Below are positions 9,002 through 18,128 of a stretch of DNA of 26,379 bases, piece by piece (positions within the stretch are counted from its first letter, which is position 1; the number at the start of each line of letters is the position of its first letter). Position numbers and translations under genes: made by a program. Source of the stretch: a virus (lineage: Duplodnaviria > Heunggongvirae > Uroviricota > Caudoviricetes); IMG/VR virus record IMGVR_UViG_2698536576_000002; one strand, written 5' to 3'. The notes beneath the pieces are model-generated. The model had not been told where the DNA came from. It ran no database searches and saw only the letters and a program-made list of their open reading frames with translations.

Positions 9002-9748
9002 ATGAAAAATATTGCGACAGGCGGCGTTCTGGAACGTATCCGCAGACTGGCCCCGCCACATGTAACCGCGCCATTCAGGACGGTGGCGGAGTGGCGCGAG
9101 TGGCAACTTGCAGAAGGCCAGAAACGTTGCGAGGAGATCAATCGCCAGAATCGTCAGTTGCGGGTGGAAAAAATTCTGAATCGCTCCGGCATCCAGCCGT
9201 TGCACCGCAAATGCTCGTTTTCGAATTACCAGGTGCAGAACGACGGCCAGCGATACGCGTTGAGCCAGGCGAAATCCATCGCCGATGAACTGATGGTCGG
9301 GTGTACAAATTTTGCGTTTAGCGGAAAACCTGGTACCGGAAAAAACCATCTGGCGGCGGCTATCGGGAATCGCCTGCTGAAAAACGGTCAGACAGTGATT
9401 GTGGTTACCGTGGCTGATGTTATGAGTGCTCTACACGCCAGCTATGACGACGGGCAATCAGGCGAAAAATTTTTGCGGGAACTGTGCGAAGTGGATCTGC
9501 TGGTTCTTGATGAAATTGGCATTCAGCGCGAGACAAAAAACGAGCAGGTGGTACTGCACCAGATTGTTGATCGCCGGACAGCGTCGATCCGCAGCGTGGG
9601 GATGCTGACAAACCTGAACTATGAGGCCATGAAAACATTGCTCGGCGAGAGGATTATGGATCGGATGACCATGAACGGCGGGCGATGGGTGAATTTTAAC
9701 TGGGAGAGCTGGCGCCCGAATGTTGGTCAGCCAGGAATTGAGAAGTAA
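9002..9748 (+). CDS. ydaV: DnaC/IstB-like AAA+ helicase loader (YdaV-like), 248 aa
   Basis: ORF 9002..9748; Walker A GKPGTGKNHL, Walker B LLVLDEIG. Confidence 0.8.
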   Translation: MKNIATGGVLERIRRLAPPHVTAPFRTVAEWREWQLAEGQKRCEEINRQNRQLRVEKILNRSGIQPLHRKCSFSNYQVQNDGQRYALSQAKSIADELMVGCTNFAFSGKPGTGKNHLAAAIGNRLLKNGQTVIVVTVADVMSALHASYDDGQSGEKFLRELCEVDLLVLDEIGIQRETKNEQVVLHQIVDRRTASIRSVGMLTNLNYEAMKTLLGERIMDRMTMNGGRWVNFNWESWRPNVGQPGIEK

Positions 9749-9770
9749 TTTTTACCGGGAGGAAATTTTA

Positions 9771-10496
9771 ATGGAGACCGTTTTTGACGCACTGAAAGCA
9801 ATGGGAAAAGCCTCTTCCCAGGAAGTGGCAGCACGTCTGGGAATGACCCGGGATGAGGCGATTAACGAGCTGTGGAAACTGAAGCGTCGTGGGGAAGCTG
9901 ATAACAAGGGCCCGATGTGGTGGTTGACTCAAACCGACGAAAACGCATCTGTAGCACAGGCTTCTAAAGTGACAGCGCAAATGCTGATCGAGGCGATTGA
10001 ACAGCATGGCCCTAAAGCGGCTGATGAACTTGCACTGATATTCAGAATTACTTCCCGCAGGGTGAACTCATCGCTGGCTATGGCCATCAGCAAAGGTCGT
10101 CTGATTCGCGTAAATCAGAACGGTAAATTTCGTTACTGCCTGCCGGACGGTAATTTACCAGCAGAGCCGAAAGTTGTATCGGTAGTGAAAACACCTGGTA
10201 AAGGCTTTCCTCAGCCAGCCGGTGTTGCGTTACCAGTACAGGAAGCGGCAACACAGGAAGAAATTAAAACAGATACTGTGGGGGACATTGTGCAGTCACT
10301 ACCATCGTTCACTGAAACGCGAGCCAATGACCTGATTATACCATCGCTGCAAATGGCAAACCGCGAACTGCGCCGGGCGAAAAGTTATGTCCAGAAGTGG
10401 GAGCGAGTCTGCGCCGCGCTGCGTGAGCTGAACAAGCACCAGGATATTGTCCGTCAGATTGTCGATTCCTCCAGTCGTATTGTGTCGGAAAAGTGA
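9771..10496 (+). CDS. Hypothetical prophage protein with two winged-helix-like modules (YdaW-like by position), 241 aa
   Basis: ORF 9720..10496; start METVFDALKAM with GGGAGG upstream. Confidence 0.5.
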   Translation: METVFDALKAMGKASSQEVAARLGMTRDEAINELWKLKRRGEADNKGPMWWLTQTDENASVAQASKVTAQMLIEAIEQHGPKAADELALIFRITSRRVNSSLAMAISKGRLIRVNQNGKFRYCLPDGNLPAEPKVVSVVKTPGKGFPQPAGVALPVQEAATQEEIKTDTVGDIVQSLPSFTETRANDLIIPSLQMANRELRRAKSYVQKWERVCAALRELNKHQDIVRQIVDSSSRIVSEK

Positions 10497-10512
10497 TTCT
10501 AGGGGAGGGCTT

Positions 10513-10935
10513 ATGGCAAAAGTATTAACACAGGAAGAGCGAGAAAAAATTAAAGGGCAGATTGTTGATCTCGTACGCCAGAGTGGGCGCGAGACGTTAA
10601 GGCAACTGGAGGCCAAGACAGGGGCGACAAGATATCTGATGAGCATTCTTGCCAGAGAGTTGGTTGCCAGTGGCGATGTATACAACTCTGGCTATGGGTT
10701 ATTTACCTCTGAACAGGCTCGTAAGGACTGGAATAACGCCCGCAAAAAACTATCCAGGGCAAAGGTGAAAAAAACGGTTGTGGTTGATCCTGACCTTATC
10801 TGGTCATTACCAGACGGAGAAATACGCCGATATGACGGGCGTCTGAATATAATCTGTAGCGAGTGCCGTAAGAGCGAAGTTATGAAGCGTGTACTGATGT
10901 TTTATCGAGGAAGTATCCAGGAATTTATTCGGTAA
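10513..10935 (+). CDS. Hypothetical protein, 140 aa, N-terminal winged-helix-like module
   Basis: ORF 10447..10935; start MAKVLTQEEREKIKG with GGGAGGG upstream. Confidence 0.5.
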   Translation: MAKVLTQEEREKIKGQIVDLVRQSGRETLRQLEAKTGATRYLMSILARELVASGDVYNSGYGLFTSEQARKDWNNARKKLSRAKVKKTVVVDPDLIWSLPDGEIRRYDGRLNIICSECRKSEVMKRVLMFYRGSIQEFIR

Positions 10936-11071
10936 GCAAAATCAAAATGTAATCGCTCAAGTTTAAGTTGGTGTATCTACGGCGCAGAGCCATCGCCTCA
11001 TCTGGCACTGCGCTAAAATCAAATTTAGTTCCACTCTTTATTTTGTATCTGCTAAAACGCTACATAAGATT

Positions 11072-11344
11072 TTACTTTTTTAAAGAATAAGGGAATATGT
11101 GCACCATATTGGAGGCTAGTGGATATATTCCTATGCTACGAGTTGTCTTTTTTAGTTGATCTATGCTTGCTTCTTTATCGGGAGCCCGGCCTCCCCACAC
11201 TGTAACTCCCTCAGGTATATCGATTGGGCGACTTTTGTTTTCATCTGTGATTTCAATCGTTTCCCCATTATTAAGCGTAATAATCAACGATGACACGTCC
11301 AGGTGTTGTGTATTCCCATTTTTATTTTTAATATCTATTTTCAT
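11072..11344 (-). CDS. Hypothetical protein, 90 aa, in AT-rich island
   Basis: ORF track only; no convincing Shine-Dalgarno; protein-like composition. Confidence 0.3.
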   Translation of the reverse strand: MKIDIKNKNGNTQHLDVSSLIITLNNGETIEITDENKSRPIDIPEGVTVWGGRAPDKEASIDQLKKTTRSIGIYPLASNMVHIFPYSLKK

Positions 11345-11614
11345 GGCTATTTCATTATATGTTATCTGTGCTGGAGTAATAAGTTTACGGTATTAAGAAG
11401 CATTTTGACGAAACAATCAACTGACTTATCAGCTAAGGTGGCATTGTAATGCGATCTGATTGGTATCATCAGGACGCTGTTCAAAAAAGGGGGATTAGTT
11501 GATCTTGAAATCTTGCTCAAAATGTGTAGCCTCTCGTTTAACTGCCAACTTTTTGGGGCAGTACACTCTGATGCTACACAACTTGCAAGTTTCATTACCC
11601 CGACGTAAACATTT

Positions 11615-12283
11615 ATGACAGTTGCTGATTTCAAACGTCCTAAGTTGGAGCTCCCAAACGGGGCAAACAAACTACTATTACACTCTTGTTGTGCACCATG
11701 TTCCGGTGAAGTGATGGAGGCTCTTCAGGCCTCAGGAATCGACTACACCATCTTCTTCTATAATCCGAACATTCATCCTCAGAAAGAGTATTTGATTCGT
11801 AAGAATGAGAATATTCGATATGCTGAACAACATGGTGTACCGTTTATCGATGCTGATTACGACACTGACAACTGGTTTGAGCGAGCCAAAGGAATGGAAT
11901 GGGAGCCCGAACGTGGGAGGCGTTGTACTATGTGTTTTGACATGCGTTTTGAACGGACGGCGCTGTACGCCGCTGAAAATGGTTTCAGTGTGATCAGCAG
12001 TTCACTGGGCATTTCTCGCTGGAAAAATATGCAGCAGGTTAACGACAGCGGACGGCGAGCTGTCGCACATTATCCGGGCATGGTGTACTGGGATTATAAC
12101 TGGCGCAAGCAGGGAGGCTCGTCCCGCATGATTGAAATCAGCAAACGCGAACAATTCTATCAGCAGGAATATTGTGGTTGCGTGTATTCACTTCGCGATA
12201 CCAATTTACACCGCAAATCCCAGGGACGCCCTCTTATCAAAATTGGTCAACTCCACTACGGTAAAGAAGAAGGGCAGGAATGA
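11615..12283 (+). CDS. QueH-like epoxyqueuosine reductase (DUF208 family), 222 aa
   Basis: [11 protein letters not shown] near the N-terminus, [18 protein letters not shown] and YCGC Cys motifs, which I recognise as QueH family features; no search run. Confidence 0.5.
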   Translation: MTVADFKRPKLELPNGANKLLLHSCCAPCSGEVMEALQASGIDYTIFFYNPNIHPQKEYLIRKNENIRYAEQHGVPFIDADYDTDNWFERAKGMEWEPERGRRCTMCFDMRFERTALYAAENGFSVISSSLGISRWKNMQQVNDSGRRAVAHYPGMVYWDYNWRKQGGSSRMIEISKREQFYQQEYCGCVYSLRDTNLHRKSQGRPLIKIGQLHYGKEEGQE

Positions 12284-12592
12284 TTTTTACATTACGTCAA
12301 CAGAGTGTCACAACGTTTCTATATATGGTATGCCGACCGTAATTTTCGAATCATCATGACTAATAGGCAGGTCACCTATGCCAGCAATGACCTGCTCATC
12401 TTGAAATTAGCAGAAATCTTGTAGCTATGATGTAGCTCAAAATAGTTTTTCATTCTTTTACCTGATGTCTGTTCCTGGCTGAAAACAGACTGTATTATTT
12501 AATTACGCACCACTGACACTTGTTTATTGAAGTAGTGAGTACAAAGCCACATATTTATCAGTGTATGTATACGTCAAAAACAGGAGATTGTT

Positions 12593-12682
12593 GTGCTGGT
12601 TCTGAAGTGTGCGTTAGCAATAGTGGCTGTGGTGGCAATTTATTGCCTTGTTGTTGTTCTTATGGAGCGACTTTCTGATTGA
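12593..12682 (+). CDS. Small hydrophobic ORF, 29 codons, GTG start (V/M-LVLKCALAIVAVVAIYCLVVVLMERLSD)
   Basis: AGGAG 6 nt upstream of GTG; single predicted transmembrane helix; hand-translated. Confidence 0.35.
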   Translation: MLVLKCALAIVAVVAIYCLVVVLMERLSD

Positions 12683-12816
12683 TTACATACTGGCTAAAAA
12701 AAGCGTTTGCCTGGTTTATCTTTGTCCGGCAAGGTGCGCTCATTAATCTGAAGTAAATTTATTTCTTAAGTATTCAGATTACTTCTTATGGTCGAAGTCT
12801 CCTGGCAATGTAGAAC

Positions 12817-12864
12817 CAAAATATTTACAAAAAGGAGACCCGTCGGGGATAGCCCTGCCGGGTC
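12817..12864 (-). terminator. Intrinsic terminator downstream of the YeaR-like gene
   Basis: GC-rich stem GACCCG...CGGGTC followed on the minus strand by TCCTTTTTGTAAATATTTT. Confidence 0.5.
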
Positions 12865-12894
12865 TGACTGTTAAAGCATTTTTAATATGATCAT

Positions 12895-13239
12895 CTATTT
12901 TTTGGTGCTATAGACTTTTTCGCCTGAGAAGTCTGGAGCGACCCAAAAGTTAATATTAAACTGAGCATCATCGCTTAGTTCAACACGGTGCCAGTATTGT
13001 GGTGGGCTTGTTGCAAAAGAGCCAGCATTAATAACTACTTTTATCTCTGGTTCAGTAGTATTCTCATCAGCAAAACCATAATATGTTACAGTGCCTTCCA
13101 TTACGCACAACTGCCCAAAAACACCTGCTGCTGTATTATGATGTGTTAATAATGCTGAAGGTACGTTCTCTTTTGTGAAGAACGGAGTTGAGCGTTTGAT
13201 TACCCAATCTTTAGGAATTCTCTTGTGTGTCATAACCAC
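12895..13239 (-). CDS. DUF1971-family protein (YeaR-like), 114 aa
   Basis: RSTPFF...VMEGTVTYYGFADE...EPE...AGSFATSPPQYWHRVE...FNINFWVAP pattern resembling E. coli YeaR as I remember it; AGGAGGTG RBS. Confidence 0.55.
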   Translation of the reverse strand: MVMTHKRIPKDWVIKRSTPFFTKENVPSALLTHHNTAAGVFGQLCVMEGTVTYYGFADENTTEPEIKVVINAGSFATSPPQYWHRVELSDDAQFNINFWVAPDFSGEKVYSTKK

Positions 13240-14103
13240 CTCCTATAAAACATGCATTATGAATGCTCCTTTTGAGGAGTTATGTCAAGCTGTTATGAAA
13301 CACATAATTGATATGTTGATTAGAGGAGTAGATAGAATAAATATGGTTGTTTTTGGTGTAACTACTTGTTTTTCTTTTGGTTTATGCATTCTGTGTGTTA
13401 GGAATAAGTTATTAAAGTTTAATCAAGAAATCTCGATGCATTCCACATAGATTACTGTTACTGAACCTTATTGTGTGCATTAGTTGTGTTCTGAAATTTC
13501 AGCTTAATTATTTATGATATATTTTTTAACGATAAATGTTTTCCCAGGTGAAAGACAGTTGGGAATAAGATAAGTAATATATCATTAATCCTGATTATTC
13601 CCAGGTACCTTTACTGTGCATATAAATAAATCATATATGCATCAAATAGTGTAAAGGCATCCTTTTAGATATGTCTTATCAAATGTTAATGACTTGAGTG
13701 GGAAACATGATTCCAGCAACTTATCATGTGGCTACTTTATAAAAATAATGCCCATATAAAACAACAAGCGAAAAGGATTACGGATAAAAAAGGAGCGAGA
13801 TGTGCAAACTTGTTATTTTCCATGTTTAACCACCTTAAATAATTGATGATGACGGGATGATTGCATCTGTAATGCTTTTATTGAAATGTTATGATAAAAA
13901 AGAACTTTTTCATAACATTAAAATGTAATTTAGCTAATCGTTTTTAATAATAAGTGTCGTATTTCTATCCTTGTACCAGCTATTTGATATGTAGTGTTTG
14001 TTCATGCTATGTGGGGCTTTACACCATAGCCAGTTTATTTATACTTTATTCGTCAGCCTGAACAACTGGCATCTGCTGCACTGCGCCATAGAGAGATTGA
14101 GAA

Positions 14104-14703
14104 ATGGCGCATATACAACTGGTCAAACAAACTTCTTCTGGTTTACTTCTCCCGGCGACGCCGGAGAGTTGTGATTTTCTGCATCAAATTAAAATAGGCG
14201 AGTGGATACACGCTGATTTTAAGCGTGTGCGTAACTACGCATTCCACAAGCGTTTTTTCAAACTCCTGCAACTGGGATTCGATTACTGGACTCCGGTCGG
14301 TGGGGCGATCACGCCTCGCGAACGAGAACTGCTGTCTGGTTTCGTTGATTACCTGTGCGAATCAGTTGGTCGGGAACACACGCCAGCCCTGAGTGATGCC
14401 GCAGAGCAATATCTGAATACAGTTGCGACACGCAGAACCCGGGATGCGGCATTGCTAAAGTCGTTTGAGGCTTTTCGCGAGTGGGTAACCATTCAGGCTG
14501 GATTTTACACCGAACATTTTTATCCGGACGGTAGCCATGGGCGTCGGGCGAAATCCATCGCTTTTGCGAATATGGACGAAACCGAGTTTCAGCAGGTTTA
14601 TAAATCTGTTCTGAATGTGCTGTGGAACTGGATTCTGTTCCGTAAATTTTCCTCTCTGGAACAAGTCGAAAATGTGGCCGCGCAGCTGCTGGAGTTTGCG
14701 TAA
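14104..14703 (+). CDS. Phage nin-region protein (DUF1367-like), 199 aa
   Basis: ORF track; position immediately upstream of the ybcO-like gene and Q; family assignment from memory only. Confidence 0.45.
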   Translation: MAHIQLVKQTSSGLLLPATPESCDFLHQIKIGEWIHADFKRVRNYAFHKRFFKLLQLGFDYWTPVGGAITPRERELLSGFVDYLCESVGREHTPALSDAAEQYLNTVATRRTRDAALLKSFEAFREWVTIQAGFYTEHFYPDGSHGRRAKSIAFANMDETEFQQVYKSVLNVLWNWILFRKFSSLEQVENVAAQLLEFA

Positions 14704-14993
14704 TGGTGGATTTACGTAAAGCGGCGCGGGGGCAGATGTGCACCGTCAGAATTCCTGGCTACTGCAATCACGATCCGGAAACGTCTGTGCTGGCGCATTA
14801 CCGACTGGCGGGAACGTGCGGAACAGCGACAAAACCACACGATATGCAGGCGGCGATTGCCTGTAGCTCATGCCACGATCTAATCGACGGGCGGGTAAAA
14901 ACCAGCGATTACACCAAAGAAGAATTACGCCTGATGCATGCAGAAGGTGTTTTTCGCACACAAGAAATCTGGAGAAAGGAGGGATATTTGTGA
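14703..14993 (+). CDS. YbcO-like putative nuclease (DUF1364), 96 aa, Cys-rich
   Basis: MVDLRKAARGQMCTVRIPGYCNHDPETSVLAHYRLAGTCGTATKPHD...CSSCHDLIDGR; TAATG overlap with the upstream gene. Confidence 0.6.
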   Translation: MVDLRKAARGQMCTVRIPGYCNHDPETSVLAHYRLAGTCGTATKPHDMQAAIACSSCHDLIDGRVKTSDYTKEELRLMHAEGVFRTQEIWRKEGYL

Positions 14994-15532
14994 TTTACCC
15001 AACGAATACAGGAAAAAGCGGAGAACACCTTCGTCTCGCCACGCTGGAAAGTGTCTGGATTCAGGGCAAACTGCGTATGTGGGGGCGCTGGTCGTATATT
15101 GGCGGTGGCAGGTCAGGAAATATGTTCAATCAGTTGTTGGCATCCAAAAAATTGACGAAAACAGCCATCAATGAAGCCCTGCGCAGAATGAAAAAAGCGG
15201 GAATAGAGAAAGCTGAGCTGGAAGCGTTTTTGAGAGAGATGATCAACGGCAAGCAAAAGAGCTGGCTGGCGCATTGTACTGATGCAGAGGCGTTATGTAT
15301 TGATCGAGTCATAAGTGAGGTGCTGGCAGAGCATCCAGGATTGATTAGCGTCCTTCGGCAACGGTATGAGGGGCGGGGGATGACCAAACGCAAAATGGCT
15401 GAATTGCTAAATGATGCACACCCAGAGTGGTGTTTTAGCACATGCGAAAAGCGAATTGCTAATTGGTTGGCCGTTGCTGAGTATGCGCTATACATTCCCA
15501 TGCGAGAATCATTCGCTCAAAAAACGGCTTGA
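14990..15532 (+). CDS. Late-gene antiterminator Q family protein, 180 aa (GTG start)
   Basis: ORF 14870..15532; AGGAGGG RBS then GTG giving IYPTNTGKSGEHLRLATLESVWIQGKLRMWGRWSYIGGG; followed by promoter-like and terminator elements. Confidence 0.65.
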   Translation: MIYPTNTGKSGEHLRLATLESVWIQGKLRMWGRWSYIGGGRSGNMFNQLLASKKLTKTAINEALRRMKKAGIEKAELEAFLREMINGKQKSWLAHCTDAEALCIDRVISEVLAEHPGLISVLRQRYEGRGMTKRKMAELLNDAHPEWCFSTCEKRIANWLAVAEYALYIPMRESFAQKTA

Positions 15533-15557
15533 TTTTTTACGCATAAACTGCTTCAAT
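15529..15557 (+). promoter_or_regulatory. Candidate pR'-like late promoter (TTGATT-17-TTCAAT) at the 3' end of Q
   Basis: Hexamers read from sequence; position analogous to lambda pR'. Confidence 0.3.
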
Positions 15558-15617
15558 TTTGCTACGCTTCGCAAAGCTGTATCGCGTGGCGAATCAAGCG
15601 CAATTAAACTTTAATAG

Positions 15618-15649
15618 AACCCGCATCGAGCGGGTTTTGTTGTTTTTGT
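15618..15649 (+). terminator. Intrinsic terminator (tR'-like): AACCCGC-atcga-GCGGGTT followed by a T-run
   Basis: Perfect stem plus TTTTGTTGTTTTTG. Confidence 0.75.
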
Positions 15650-15884
15650 GGTGTGATATAAGAAACGACATTTAATAATTGCCTTCAAAATAAATTTGTT
15701 TATATATTGTCGCGTATATTTTAAATGAAGGTGAAATGTTCACATAAAATAAAAATACATAAATAAATTTACATAACTTGACGCAAAGTGTTGTTGCGAT
15801 TGGAATATTAAATCGTATTATCGAAAACGGTTCTGAGGTGGAACTCTTCTTTGATCGGTGATATCGCTCCCCTGAAGAACCAAT

Positions 15885-15960
<76 letters not shown>

Positions 15961-15963
15961 TAT

Positions 15964-16038
<75 letters not shown>

Positions 16039-16402
16039 GCATTTGAAACAAGCCTTATTGTATTGCGGCACTGGCGTATTTTTTATTACGTGGGAGCAGG
16101 TTGTTTTGGAAAAGCATTCTGTTCTCTGGCTATGATTTGAGGCCAGGTGTAGCCTCAGTGCTGATTTTTTTACGACAGCAGAATGGTGCATTATCGGTGG
16201 AGATTTTGTATTTCCTGGCAGGGTCGGTGATGCATCATTCTGGTGTTGTAAAAGCACCACAGAGGTGTTCCTCAGTGCGAGGGTGGTTTATATAGTGGTT
16301 TAGCGGGGAATCACAATATTTGTTGTAGGGACAGATATTTCGGGAGGCACCCGACACCTCGATTTTTATTACAATTAAAATGATTTATCTTATACATTGA
16401 CC

Positions 16403-16430
16403 AACCGCCATATCTGGCGGTTTTTTTTTA
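16403..16430 (+). terminator. Strong intrinsic terminator: AACCGCCA-tatc-TGGCGGTT followed by T9
   Basis: Perfect 8-bp stem, 4-nt loop, nine T residues. Confidence 0.75.
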
Positions 16431-16817
16431 TACCTGCATCAGACAAAAAAAGACACGAGCATCCAGGAATACTCGTGGGACAACGTCCTTTAGATAGCAA
16501 TTTGCGAGAGGGTGAAAAGTAGCGCGGTCGTCGGATTAAGACCGCGGGACAAAGTCCATGAAGAATAATAAGTATTGGCCCCCTTCTGGGGACATGTTCA
16601 TACTACTAAGCTTCAGAAGTGGTTTAAATCATCAAATTAACCTTAATTTTCGATAAGTCTTATTTCATTTCTTTGCGCCACATCTGGCGCGCATCAAATA
16701 ACGCCACGCAAAGGGCATCTGCGGATGCCGGTGCTTTTGACGGGGTGTTTTTTACGGGCCGCTGGTGGCCATTTTTTGTTTCCGTTACACAGCGCCCGCA
16801 TCTGCGAGGTGGGGGTT

Positions 16818-17033
16818 ATGAAATCCATGGATAAGTTAACAACGGGTGTCGCCTATGGCACCTCCGCAGGCAGTGCTGGCTACTGGTTTTTACAGCTGCT
16901 CGATAAAGTCACGCCCTCACAGTGGGCAGCAATAGGTGTGCTGGGTAGCTTGGTATTTGGCCTGCTGACGTACCTGACAAACCTTTATTTCAAGATTAAA
17001 GAAGATAAGCGCAAGGCTGCGAGAGGTGAATAA
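16818..17033 (+). CDS. Class II holin/pinholin (phage 21 S-like), 71 aa, dual start MKSM
   Basis: ORF 16725..17033; start [26 protein letters not shown] with GAGGTGGGGG upstream; two transmembrane segments. Confidence 0.85.
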
Positions 17034-17530
17034 TGCCTCCATCATTACGAAAAGCCGTTGCTGCTGCTATTGGTGGCGGAGCAATTGCTATAGCATCAGT
17101 GTTAATCACTGGCTCAAGTGGTAACGATGGTCTGGAGGGTGTCAGCTACATACCATACAAAGATATTGTTGGTGTATGGACTGTATGTCACGGGCATACA
17201 GGAAAAGACATCATGCTCGGTAAAACGTATACCAAAGCAGAATGCAAGGCACTCTTGAATAAAGACCTTGCCACTGTCGCCAGACAAATTAACCCGTACA
17301 TCAAAGTCGATATACCGGAAACAACGCGCGGCGCTCTTTACTCATTCGTTTACAACGTGGGTGCTGGCAATTTCAGAACATCGACGCTTCTTCGCAAAAT
17401 AAACCAGGGCGATATCAAAGGCGCATGTGATCAGCTACGTCGCTGGACATATGCTGGCGGTAAGCAATGGAAAGGTCTCATGACTCGTCGTGAGATTGAG
17501 CGTGAAATCTGTTTGTGGGGTCAGCAATGA
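17033..17530 (+). CDS. SAR endolysin (phage lysozyme family), 165 aa
   Basis: ORF 17033..17530; N-terminal Gly/Ala-rich signal-anchor-release segment [18 protein letters not shown]; TAATG overlap with the holin. Confidence 0.85.
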   Translation: MPPSLRKAVAAAIGGGAIAIASVLITGSSGNDGLEGVSYIPYKDIVGVWTVCHGHTGKDIMLGKTYTKAECKALLNKDLATVARQINPYIKVDIPETTRGALYSFVYNVGAGNFRTSTLLRKINQGDIKGACDQLRRWTYAGGKQWKGLMTRREIEREICLWGQQ

Positions 17531-17991
17531 ACAGAGTAACCGCGATTATCTCCGCTCTGGTTATCTGCATCATCGTCTGCCTGTCATGGGCTGTTAATCA
17601 TTACCGTGATAACGCCATTACCTATAAAGCCCAGCGCGACAAAAATGCCAGAGAACTGAAGCTGGCGAACGCGGCAATTACTGACATGCAGATGCGTCAG
17701 CGTGATGTTGCTGCGCTCGATGCAAAATACACGAAGGAGTTAGCTGATGCGAAAGCTGAAAATGATGCTCTGCGTGATGATGTTGCCGCTGGTCGTCGTC
17801 GGTTGCACATCAAAGCAGTCTGTCAGTCAGTGCGTGAAGCCACCACCGCCTCCGGCGTGGATAATGCAGCCTCCCCCCGACTGGCAGACACCGCTGAACG
17901 GGATTATTTCACCCTCCGGGAACGACTGGTAATGATGCAGGCCCAACTTGAAGGAGCTCAGCAATACATAACCGAACAGTGTTTAAAGTAA
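17527..17991 (+). CDS. Rz i-spanin, 154 aa
   Basis: ORF 17515..17991; start [16 protein letters not shown]; ATGA overlap with the endolysin stop. Confidence 0.8.
   Translation: MNRVTAIISALVICIIVCLSWAVNHYRDNAITYKAQRDKNARELKLANAAITDMQMRQRDVAALDAKYTKELADAKAENDALRDDVAAGRRRLHIKAVCQSVREATTASGVDNAASPRLADTAERDYFTLRERLVMMQAQLEGAQQYITEQCLK
17747..17932 (+). CDS. rzoR: Rz1 o-spanin lipoprotein, 61 aa, embedded in Rz in the +1 frame
   Basis: ORF 17747..17932; lipobox VVGC, proline-rich PPPPPAW. Confidence 0.8.
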   Translation: MRKLKMMLCVMMLPLVVVGCTSKQSVSQCVKPPPPPAWIMQPPPDWQTPLNGIISPSGNDW

Positions 17992-18128
17992 AATCTTAAC
18001 TACAATATGATTTATTTTGATGATTGTTTCATAAGGAACAGTGAAGTAAGATCTAAGAGGAGTTAAATTTTATACAGTATAATCATAATATTGCAGCAAG
18101 GTGGTTATAATTGAAAGAATATTTAGAT

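Noticed and set aside
8602-9349. Minus-strand ORFs of 179 and 230 aa
   Set aside because: Antisense to the ydaU and ydaV genes, which have clear motifs (Walker A/B); GC-rich frames stay open by chance.
12466-12490. GTCTGTT...AACAGAC inverted repeat resembling a LexA box
   Set aside because: The CTGT and ACAG elements are 12 nt apart rather than the 8 nt of the SOS box consensus, so it is not a canonical LexA site.
13175-13450. Plus-strand 91-aa ORF
   Set aside because: It overlaps the YeaR-like gene start in antisense and has no Shine-Dalgarno; likely spurious.
14309-15501. Minus-strand ORFs 14309..14743, 14455..14664, 14746..14961, 15130..15501
   Set aside because: Antisense to the nin-like and Q genes, which are translationally coupled on the plus strand.
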